The position numbers and the translations under genes were made by a program. The notes below the pieces were generated by a model. The model had not been told where the DNA came from. It worked only from the letters and a program-made list of their open reading frames with translations, and made no database searches. From NCBI GenBank assembly GCA_002325645.1, contig DCSN01000229.1, forward strand, positions 6,143 to 38,142: a stretch of DNA of 32,000 nucleotides, given 5' to 3'. Source of the stretch: Pseudanabaena sp. UBA1465. GTDB taxonomy: Bacteria > Cyanobacteriota > Cyanobacteriia > Pseudanabaenales > Pseudanabaenaceae. Shown piece after piece: positions 15,784-22,200 of this stretch (within the stretch, counting starts at the first letter, position 1; every line of letters starts with the position of its first letter).

Positions 15784-18269
15784 CGACAGATCCGAAAAAT
15801 CAACAGTCGGCTTTACAAGGTAATGATGTGGGGCGCGACCTCACAATTGGTAACATCACTCAGACCATTAACTATAACCAAATTGTAGAGGAGGCAAAAC
15901 GGGCAGGAAGCTTGCTGAATCTTCCGCAGACTAATGTGACTTTTTTTGCGGGACGGGATGAGGATCTGGAAAAGGTGCATGAACTTTTGCAGAAAAATCA
16001 GAAGGTGGCGGTGTCTGCTTTTGTGAAAGGCATGGGTGGTGTCGGTAAGTCGGAACTTGCCCTGCAATATGCGTTACGGCATCTGTTGACGGACTATGGC
16101 GGCGGGATCTGTTGGTTACGGGGAAATGAGGGGACTTTGCCGACCCAGTTACAGGATTTTGTACAGGTGCAGCTTGGGGAAACGATGCCCGATGGGTTGA
16201 ATAGTGGCGAAAAGTTGGCAGGGCATTGCTGGCGGCGGCTATCGGAACGGGTGGCGGGGCAAATGTTGGTGGTGTTGGATGATGTGAAAGATTATGGGAA
16301 TGTGGAGCCATTTTTGCCAACCCTAGATGGCAAGTTTCGGGTATTGGTGACAACGCGGTTGGGATTGGGGAATGCGATGCAGCAATACAGGTTAGATGTT
16401 TTGGTGTTGGCGGCGGCAGTGGATTTGCTAAAGTCGTTTTTGCCTGAAGCCGATCCGCGTCGGGAGAATGAAGAAGCAATCAAAAATCTCTGTACATGGT
16501 TGGGGCGGTTGCCTTTAGCGATCGAGTTGGTGGGGCGGTATTTGGCTTTGCCGAATCAGTTAGATACTGGTATTTCTGAGATCTTGCAACGTTTGCAAGG
16601 GGAATGTATGGTGCAGCTTTCAGAAATTACTGATGAGGAAAGGAAGTTATTACCCAAAAATCTAAATGTGGCGGCTTCATTTTTCTTGAGTTGGCAAGAG
16701 TTGTCACCTTTGGCGCAACGTTTGGCTTGTTTGTTGGGTTTATTTGCTTTAGCGCCGATTCCTTGGACTTTAATCCAGTCTGTGATGCTAGATGAGACAA
16801 AGCAAAAACAATCTTTTTGGCAAGGTTTGCAAGGGCTGTTTCAAAAAAAAGCGGTGGCGCTTACGGAACGAGATTTGCAAGGGGCAAGGGGAGAGTTGCT
16901 AAATCTGCATTTGTTGGAACGGACGCAACAGGGAGTATATGAATTGCATCAGCTTTTGCGGGAATATTTTCAGTTTCAATTGCAACAACATCCCGAATGG
17001 CAAGTTTTGCGGCAACAGGTGGCGGTATCACTGCTGAATATTTCTAAGGGAATTGAAGAAATAATCACTATTGATCAAGTTAAAGAAGTTGCACCCGCGA
17101 TTCCCCATCTAGAAATACTCGGACGGGAAATGTTGGCTGTTATTCCCAATCCTGAAGATAATTTAGTTTGGGCATTTTTGGGAGTTGCTAGGTTTTACAA
17201 AGGTCAAGGGCTATATGCTTCAGCAGTAGATCCATATCAAACCTGCCTCAAAGTCTCCGAATCACACTTAGGAGCAGACCATCCCTCTGTCGCCACCAGT
17301 CTCAATAATCTCGCAGAACTTTACCGCGTGCAAGGAAAATACAGCGAAGCCGAACCTCTCTATCTGCGATCGCTCGAAATCAGGGAACGTCAACTAGGGG
17401 CAGACCATCCCGATGTCGCCCAAAGTCTCAACAATCTCGCAGGACTTTACAATTCGCAAGGGAAGTACAGCGAAGCCGAACCTCTCTATCGGCGATCGCT
17501 CGAAATCAGGGAACGCCAACTAGGAGCAGACCATCCCGATGTCGCCACCAGTCTCAACAATCTCGCGTTACTTTACGAATCGCAAGGGAAGTACAGCGAA
17601 GCCGAACCTCTCTATCGGCGATCGCTCGAAATCGATAAACGCATCTATGGAGAAGACCATCCCGAAATCGCAACAGATCTCAACAATTTCGCAGGTCTTT
17701 ACCGATCGCAAGGGAAGTACAGCGAAGCCGAACCTCTCTATGTGCGATCGCTCGAAATCGATAAACGCATCTATGGAGAAGATCATCCCGAAATCGCAAC
17801 AGATCTCAACAATCTCGCATTACTTTACAAATCGCAAGGGAAGTATAGTGATGCCGAACCTCTTTATCTGCGATCGCTCGAAATCAGGGAACGCCAACTA
17901 GGGGCAGACCACCCAGATGTCGCAATAGATATCAACAATCTCGCATTACTTTACGATAATCAAGGGAAGTACAGCGAAGCCGAACCTCTCTATCTGCGAT
18001 CGCTCGAAATCAGGGAACGCCAACTAGGGGCAGACCACCCAGATGTCGCCCAAAGTCTACTCAACTTAGCCGCTCTCTATCACAATACCCAACGTCATCC
18101 CGAAGCCCTGCAATCCATCCAACGCGCCATCCAAATTTACGAACAAAAACTTGGCACAGAGCATCCCAACACTCAAAATGCACTTGGTTGGCTTCAGACA
18201 ATCCGTGCAGCCAATAAACCTAGTTTTCCTATAGAATTCTTGCTAAACACAAAACCTCCTACCCCATGA
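15780..18269 (+). CDS. STAND NTPase: short N-terminal signalling motif + NB-ARC + TPR array (bacterial NLR-like protein)
   Basis: Walker A GMGGVGKS (16029-16052), Walker B LVVLDDV (16263-16283), RVLVTTR and GRLPLAIELVG (16503-16523). These are followed by about eight 42-aa TPR units of the kinesin-light-chain type (TPR_10/12-like). Confidence 0.9.
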   Translation: MTTDPKNQQSALQGNDVGRDLTIGNITQTINYNQIVEEAKRAGSLLNLPQTNVTFFAGRDEDLEKVHELLQKNQKVAVSAFVKGMGGVGKSELALQYALRHLLTDYGGGICWLRGNEGTLPTQLQDFVQVQLGETMPDGLNSGEKLAGHCWRRLSERVAGQMLVVLDDVKDYGNVEPFLPTLDGKFRVLVTTRLGLGNAMQQYRLDVLVLAAAVDLLKSFLPEADPRRENEEAIKNLCTWLGRLPLAIELVGRYLALPNQLDTGISEILQRLQGECMVQLSEITDEERKLLPKNLNVAASFFLSWQELSPLAQRLACLLGLFALAPIPWTLIQSVMLDETKQKQSFWQGLQGLFQKKAVALTERDLQGARGELLNLHLLERTQQGVYELHQLLREYFQFQLQQHPEWQVLRQQVAVSLLNISKGIEEIITIDQVKEVAPAIPHLEILGREMLAVIPNPEDNLVWAFLGVARFYKGQGLYASAVDPYQTCLKVSESHLGADHPSVATSLNNLAELYRVQGKYSEAEPLYLRSLEIRERQLGADHPDVAQSLNNLAGLYNSQGKYSEAEPLYRRSLEIRERQLGADHPDVATSLNNLALLYESQGKYSEAEPLYRRSLEIDKRIYGEDHPEIATDLNNFAGLYRSQGKYSEAEPLYVRSLEIDKRIYGEDHPEIATDLNNLALLYKSQGKYSDAEPLYLRSLEIRERQLGADHPDVAIDINNLALLYDNQGKYSEAEPLYLRSLEIRERQLGADHPDVAQSLLNLAALYHNTQRHPEALQSIQRAIQIYEQKLGTEHPNTQNALGWLQTIRAANKPSFPIEFLLNTKPPTP
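17205..18215 (+). repeat. Tandem 126-bp (42-aa TPR) repeats: six near-identical units (17331-18086) flanked by degenerate units
   Basis: The unit start caagg(g/a)aa(g/a)ta recurs at 17331, 17457, 17583, 17709, 17835 and 17961, an exact 126-nt period. Every unit contains a HIP1 site (GCGATCGC, encoding RSLE). Confidence 0.95.
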
Positions 18270-18294
18270 GCCGCTTTTTGCGATTACAAGGAAA

Positions 18295-18627
18295 TTAAAC
18301 TTCTTCATCTAAAAAAGGTAAAAGATCCTCTAAGTCTCTCATCCCATGCAAAACTCTTAGAACTTCGACTCGATCCTCTAGAACCTTGTAAAAAATCAAA
18401 TAATCCTTAAAATTCTTAATTCGCCATTGACGGATCGTTCCCATATCAGACAAAACTAATGGCACAACCCTACCCATATTGGGAGTTATCCCTAGCTGCG
18501 CGAAAGCATACTCAGCAAATTCTAGAAATCTCTCAGCCGCATCTCGATTTCCCATCGCTAAAATATAATTTGCCTGTCGCCTGATATCTTGGGTAGCGTG
18601 ATCGCGAACAATTATCGGAAAAGTCAT
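18295..18627 (-). CDS. parE: ParE-family toxin (RelE/ParE superfamily)
   Basis: MTFPIIVRDHATQDIRRQANYI...AAERFLEFAEYAFAQL...IRQWRIKNFKDYLIFYKVLEDRVEVLRVLHGMRD is the typical ParE pattern. The start is taken at the ATG at 18625-18627, 5 nt after the parD stop. Confidence 0.8.
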   Translation of the reverse strand: MTFPIIVRDHATQDIRRQANYILAMGNRDAAERFLEFAEYAFAQLGITPNMGRVVPLVLSDMGTIRQWRIKNFKDYLIFYKVLEDRVEVLRVLHGMRDLEDLLPFLDEEV

Positions 18628-18632
18628 ACTTG

Positions 18633-18887
18633 CTACTGCTCTGTTCCAAGTACCGACAATCGGAGATCTTGCCAATAAGCTGAAGTTACCAGTTCAGGCT
18701 CTGAGTTCAAACCCTCTTGTAACAAACTCACTAGTTTTGTCTGAGCCTCCCTCCTTTGCCGATCTTGATTCAGCAAAGCCAGAAAATAATCCGCCACAGT
18801 ATTATAAGTTCCAGACTGAATCTGTCCTTGAACATAGGACTCAAGTTCTTTTGGTATTGGAAAACTTACATTCATAAACCTTTTCAA
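18633..18887 (-). CDS. parD: ParD-family antitoxin
   Basis: MNVSFPIPKELESYVQGQIQSGTYNTVADYFLALLNQDRQR is the ParD4/COG3609-like pattern. It sits directly upstream of parE. Confidence 0.75.
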   Translation of the reverse strand: MKRFMNVSFPIPKELESYVQGQIQSGTYNTVADYFLALLNQDRQRREAQTKLVSLLQEGLNSEPELVTSAYWQDLRLSVLGTEQ

Positions 18888-18923
18888 GATGAATAAAGTA
18901 CTGCCAATAATTTTAGCATTAGT

Positions 18924-19004
18924 CGAGAACTAGGCGCAGACCATCCGACAACTCAAAATGCACTTGGTTGGCTTCAGGTGAGCAAGGAAAAAGGAAAAGG
19001 GTAA
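18924..19004 (+). pseudogene. Relic of an NLR/TPR gene 3' end (RELGADHPTTQNALGWLQVSKEKGKG stop)
   Basis: Positions 18951-18977 are identical (27 nt) to 18171-18197 in the intact NLR gene. No upstream coding body is present. Confidence 0.75.
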
Positions 19005-19076
19005 AAGGAAAAATGTGGATTTTTTGAGTTTTGTTGGTTGATGTTATCTTAGGACATAGGATTAGGCTAAAAGTAT

Positions 19077-19328
19077 ATGTATCAAGTCACACTAAATTAC
19101 GCCAAAGCAAACCTTGATGAACTATGCGATCGGGCAGGTCAAGAACCAGAAGGAGTAGCGATCGTTCGTGAAAATCGCAGTTATATTCTGATTACTCAAG
19201 AAGAATGGGAATCTCTAATTGAAACTGCGGAATTAATGCAATTACCCAACCTGCTCACCCAAGTTGCATCTGCTCGCCAAGAATATCAAGCAGGAGAAGC
19301 ACTCTCTATGGAGCAAGTCTTTGGATGA
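19077..19328 (+). CDS. Phd/YefM-family antitoxin
   Basis: MYQVTLNYAKANLDELCDRA....VAIVRENRSYILITQEEWESLIETAELM is the typical Phd/YefM fold pattern. It overlaps the next gene by ATGA. Confidence 0.8.
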   Translation: MYQVTLNYAKANLDELCDRAGQEPEGVAIVRENRSYILITQEEWESLIETAELMQLPNLLTQVASARQEYQAGEALSMEQVFG

Positions 19329-19582
19329 AAATCTACAGAGTCCTCTTTTCTAAACAAGCTCAAAAAGATATCAGCGAACTCACATCTAAACAAAAAGCAA
19401 AACTCCAAGAAATTTTGCTTAACACACTCGCCCCCAATCCTTACCTCGGAAAAGCGCTAAAAGGTGACCTGAACGGTTTGCGTTCCTATCGTCTTAACCT
19501 CAAAGATCGCATTGTTTACGAGATTTATGAAGAAGACCAATCAATATTGATCATTAGAGCAAAAACTCACTATGGAGAATAA
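19325..19582 (+). CDS. relE: RelE/ParE-family toxin
   Basis: KIYRVLFSKQAQKDISEL...GKALKGDLNGLRSYRLNLKDRIVYEIYEEDQSILIIRAKTHY is the RelE/StbE-like pattern. Confidence 0.8.
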   Translation: MKIYRVLFSKQAQKDISELTSKQKAKLQEILLNTLAPNPYLGKALKGDLNGLRSYRLNLKDRIVYEIYEEDQSILIIRAKTHYGE

Positions 19583-19799
19583 CTACAGCATTTCTATCCA
19601 ATGGTCAGAAGAAGACCGTAAATTTATCGCTCACTTACCCGAATTTGGTCCCTACGCCCACACTCACGGCGACACCTACGCTCATGCCCTAGAAAATGCC
19701 CTAGAAGTTTTGGAATTACTAATTGAGGATTACACCGCTCGTCACAAACCCTTACCAACACCACGCATAATTAAAAAATCCGACTTCATTGCAGCTTGA
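19572..19799 (+). CDS. hicB: HicB-family antitoxin-like protein (no intact hicA partner)
   Basis: YSISIQWSEEDRKFIAHLPEFGPYAHTHGDTYAHALENALEVLELLIEDYTARHKPLPTP is the HicB/UPF0150 pattern. It overlaps the relE 3' end by 11 nt. Confidence 0.75.
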   Translation: MENNYSISIQWSEEDRKFIAHLPEFGPYAHTHGDTYAHALENALEVLELLIEDYTARHKPLPTPRIIKKSDFIAA

Positions 19800-19819
19800 T
19801 AAGAGTAGACTATCTATCT

Positions 19820-20002
19820 GTTACCACCAGTCTCAACGGTCTCGCATCACTTTACGAATCGCAAGGGAAGTACAGCGAAGCCGAACCTCTTTATGTGTGA
19901 GCTATCCAAATCCTTGAAAAAGCCCTTGGTTCCGAGCATCCCAATACCGTCACAGCCCGCCAAAATTATGAGATTATGTGCGAAACCATGAAGGAGACAT
20001 AA
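19820..20002 (+). pseudogene. TPR gene fragment with an in-frame stop (VTTSLNGLASLYESQGKYSEAEPLYV-stop-AIQILEKALGSEHPNTVTARQNYEIMCETMKET)
   Basis: It is nearly identical to the TPR unit of the NLR gene (tacgaatcgcaagggaagtacagcgaagccgaacctct). A TGA replaces the Arg codon expected in LYxRSLEI. The body 5' of it is missing. Confidence 0.8.
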
Positions 20003-20107
20003 ATGGGAAAATACGAAAAATTTAGACAAAAACTGCTTGATGGCGGCAGCGACAACAGTAATGCAATTAAGAAAAAGAAAAAATCGCAAATACTGAATCT
20101 ACCATAA
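20003..20107 (+). pseudogene. Possible truncated hicA-like toxin remnant (34 codons)
   Basis: MGKYEKFRQKLLDGGSDNSNAI resembles the N-terminus of one HicA subfamily as I remember it. The rest (KKKKKSQILNLP) is unrelated and short. Confidence 0.3.
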
Positions 20108-20120
20108 CCAGAACCTAACC

Positions 20121-20381
20121 ATGAATACATCCACTAAAACCATCAAAGTTTACGATGAAATTGTTGACTTTATTGCATCTGGCACAACGCCCCAGAGCGT
20201 AATCGACTTCCATCTTTCTGAAGCCGCACAAGAGCGCTTAGAAGATTTAATATACAACGCTAAAAACAATGCGCTTACAAAAGAAGACAAGCGTGAACTA
20301 GACCATTTCCTGACAATAGAACATATATTGACCCTAGCCAAAGCTAAAGCCCATAGATACATCAACACTGAGGCTAAATGA
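20121..20381 (+). CDS. Small helical protein of unknown function, coupled to the downstream HNH nuclease gene
   Basis: 86 aa. Its stop lies 1 nt before the next ATG. The C-terminal half EDKRELDHFLTIEHILTLAKAKAHRY is amphipathic and helical. Confidence 0.6.
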   Translation: MNTSTKTIKVYDEIVDFIASGTTPQSVIDFHLSEAAQERLEDLIYNAKNNALTKEDKRELDHFLTIEHILTLAKAKAHRYINTEAK

Positions 20382-20382
20382 A

Positions 20383-20823
20383 ATGCCTCGAACCTATATT
20401 AGCGTTCAGCTAAGGCAATTAGTCATCGAACGCGCTGACAGCATTTGTGAATACTGTTTGGTTTCAGCATCAGATAGATCCTCTAGTTGCCAAGTTGACC
20501 ACATCATTAGCGTGAAACATGGCGGCGATTCGACAGCCGAAAATCTTTGCTATGCTTGCCTATTCTGTAACCTGCAAAAAGGCACAGATCTAGGCTCGAT
20601 TAATTGGCGAAGCGGAGAACTTGTCAGATTCTTTAACCCTCGTAGAGATTTATGGAGAGAACATTTTCAACTAGATGGAGCGATAATTCGATCAACTACA
20701 GATATCGGCGAAGTCACAGCAAGAATCCTTGATTTTAATGATGCAGATCGTATTTTAGAGCGACAAATACTCATCGAAAATAACAGATATCTATCAACAG
20801 CAGCCAAAAAGAAAATAGGCTAA
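20383..20823 (+). CDS. HNH endonuclease
   Basis: CEYC...QVDHIISVKHGGDSTAENLCYACLFCNLQKG contains CxxC, the HNH His-Asn core and a second CxxC zinc ligand pair. Confidence 0.8.
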   Translation: MPRTYISVQLRQLVIERADSICEYCLVSASDRSSSCQVDHIISVKHGGDSTAENLCYACLFCNLQKGTDLGSINWRSGELVRFFNPRRDLWREHFQLDGAIIRSTTDIGEVTARILDFNDADRILERQILIENNRYLSTAAKKKIG

Positions 20824-20844
20824 ATAAGTTAAACTAAGGCGATC

Positions 20845-20866
20845 GGTTGGCTTCAGTAGATCCGTG
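20845..20866 (+). repeat. Third short relic of the NLR gene 3' end (ggttggcttcag ta gatccgtg)
   Basis: It matches 18186-18207 of the intact gene (GWLQ.IR region) with 3 mismatches. Confidence 0.55.
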
Positions 20867-20907
20867 ATGTCCTGTAAAATAAGAAGATAAAGCGATCGCA
20901 AAAAACA

Positions 20908-21117
20908 ATGACTACCAAAGAAAAGCTAATTCAAGAAGTCGAAAACATTTCTGAATCATTATTAGCAGAAACCCTTGACTTTGTATTGTTTCTCAAATCT
21001 CGCTATGCAGAAGAGGAAATAACTACAGAAGAAAAAGAAAACATTCTCGCTTCTCAAACAGCCTATCTTTCAGGTGATTACCTAACCCTCGACCAATACG
21101 AGGCAAATCAAGCATGA
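20908..21117 (+). CDS. Antitoxin-like small protein (DUF2281-like)
   Basis: KEKLIQEVENISESLLAETLDFVLFLKSRY is the DUF2281-type N-terminus. It overlaps the downstream relE-type gene by ATGA. Confidence 0.65.
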   Translation: MTTKEKLIQEVENISESLLAETLDFVLFLKSRYAEEEITTEEKENILASQTAYLSGDYLTLDQYEANQA

Positions 21118-21368
21118 GCTATCGCATCGTTATCCCTAAACCCGCCCAAAAGCAACTAGATAACATCACAAAAATTGAACGCGATCGCTTGATTCTAACA
21201 TTGCGCTCTCTAGCCAACGATCCGCGTCCGAACGGAGTTAAAAAGCTCAAAGGCTACGACAATACCTATCGTGTCAGAGTTGGAGACTATCGCATTATCT
21301 ACGAAATTAAAGACAGAGAGCTAATTGTATTATTGTTAAGTGTCAGTCATCGTAAAGATGTCTACTAA
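21114..21368 (+). CDS. relE: RelE/ParE-family toxin
   Basis: YRIVIPKPAQKQLDNI......L..LANDPRPNGVKKLKGYDNTYRVRVGDYRIIYEIKDRELIVLLLSVSHRKDVY is the canonical RelE pattern. Confidence 0.85.
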   Translation: MSYRIVIPKPAQKQLDNITKIERDRLILTLRSLANDPRPNGVKKLKGYDNTYRVRVGDYRIIYEIKDRELIVLLLSVSHRKDVY

Positions 21369-21380
21369 CAGAAAAAAAGA

Positions 21381-21627
21381 TTCTATTGTCAGCAACCCCG
21401 CACTGAAGTGACGGGGCTTCGAGCCGAAAGCTTGGAGCCGTGCTGACCAGCCTAAGTCTTAACTGACTACGTTATTTAGGTCACGACACCTCGGAATGCT
21501 TGCTAGTTCCCCGCTCTGTCGTTTGTAATTAAACAGTTCTAAGGTCACTGGAACAGTGTTGCAAGCCTAACAAGCCTAGATAACCTTGGCAAAGCAAACA
21601 TTACAAGCAATTAGAAAAGACGCAATA
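21381..21627 (+). ncRNA. Omega-RNA-like structured region upstream of the IscB relic
   Basis: It occupies the position of an IscB omega-RNA scaffold, roughly 250 nt directly 5' of the IscB start. It has a stem-loop ccccgcac-tgaa-gtg(a)cgggg (21396-21416) and a further hairpin cactg-gaa-cagtg. Several blocks are shared with the minus-strand element at 30978-31384. Confidence 0.5.
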
Positions 21628-21906
21628 ATGTCTAACCAAATCTTCGTATTAGATACTAATCACAAACCGCTAACACCTTGCACAGCAGGAATGGCTCGAT
21701 CATTACTCAAAGCTGGTAGGGCGGCTGTATTCCGTCAATTCTCCTTCACGATTATTAAAAAAAAAGAGGTAACTGCTACACCAGAACCAATCGAGATAAA
21801 GATTGATGCTGGCTCCAAGACAACGGGATTAGCTTTAGTTCAAGACGAAAAAGTTATCTATTGCAAAACTATTCATCGCAAGGATGGCTATAGCTATGGT
21901 TTCTAA
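21628..21906 (+). pseudogene. iscB: IscB (IS200/IS605-family OMEGA nuclease) relic with a large internal in-frame deletion
   Basis: The N-terminus MSNQIFVLDTNHKPLTPCTAGMARSLLKAGRAAVFRQFSFTII...IEIKIDAGSKTTGLALV is the PLMP domain plus the RuvC-I Asp motif. It joins directly to the IscB C-terminal signature CKTIHRKDGYSYGF. The bridge helix, RuvC-II/III and HNH segments (about 300 aa or more) are missing. Confidence 0.7.
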
Positions 21907-21969
21907 TATCTACTGGCGGTTTGAAACCAACCTTCGCTTACCTCTCAGCGCTAAAGCGCGGAGTTTCTC

Positions 21970-22188
21970 GTGTATCGAGAGGTCTTTTATGAAGAAGAAC
22001 TCCGCAACGCCCTAAAAGAAGCACTCAAAAATTACAACGCAGCCTTTGAAAGAGAAAATAGCTATGGCAAAAAATATATAATTGACTTTTCGATGAACAG
22101 ACGGGATAAGCAAGCGATCGTTCGTAGCGTCTGGATTGTCCGTTTTGAAGAAAATTTTCCCCGTTTAGTCACCTGTTACATACCTTAA
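21970..22188 (+). CDS. DUF6883-like protein, apparently 5'-truncated
   Basis: EELRNALKEALKNYNAAFERENSYGKKYIIDFSMN...AIVRSVWIVRFEENFPRLVTCYI matches the C-terminal two thirds of the DUF6883 pattern. The usual N-terminal 40 aa or so are absent and the only start is a GTG. Confidence 0.5.
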   Translation: MYREVFYEEELRNALKEALKNYNAAFERENSYGKKYIIDFSMNRRDKQAIVRSVWIVRFEENFPRLVTCYIP

Positions 22189-22200
22189 AAGGAGATAATC

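Noticed and set aside
15931-16479. 182-aa minus-strand ORF (plus 15813-16067 and 16292-16483) inside the NB-ARC region
   Set aside because: It is antisense to a well-supported NB-ARC coding frame. The product is Pro/Thr/His-rich low-complexity sequence with no start context. This is a typical shadow ORF.
17539-17901. 120-aa plus-strand alternative-frame ORF and 72-aa minus-strand ORF (17568-17786) within the TPR array
   Set aside because: Both are periodic artefacts of the 126-bp repeat, since the same off-frame peptide repeats. The TPR frame is clearly the real one.
17205-18215. Regularly spaced repeats considered as a possible CRISPR array
   Set aside because: The repeats are contiguous 126-bp coding units with no unique spacers and lie inside an ORF. 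No cas genes are present. The 12-nt repeats at 4893-4940 also lack spacers.
19847-20089. 80-aa minus-strand ORF
   Set aside because: It runs antisense through the TPR pseudogene fragment and the hicA-like stub. Its C-terminus is the same off-frame peptide seen antisense to the TPR units (FGFAVLPLRFVK).
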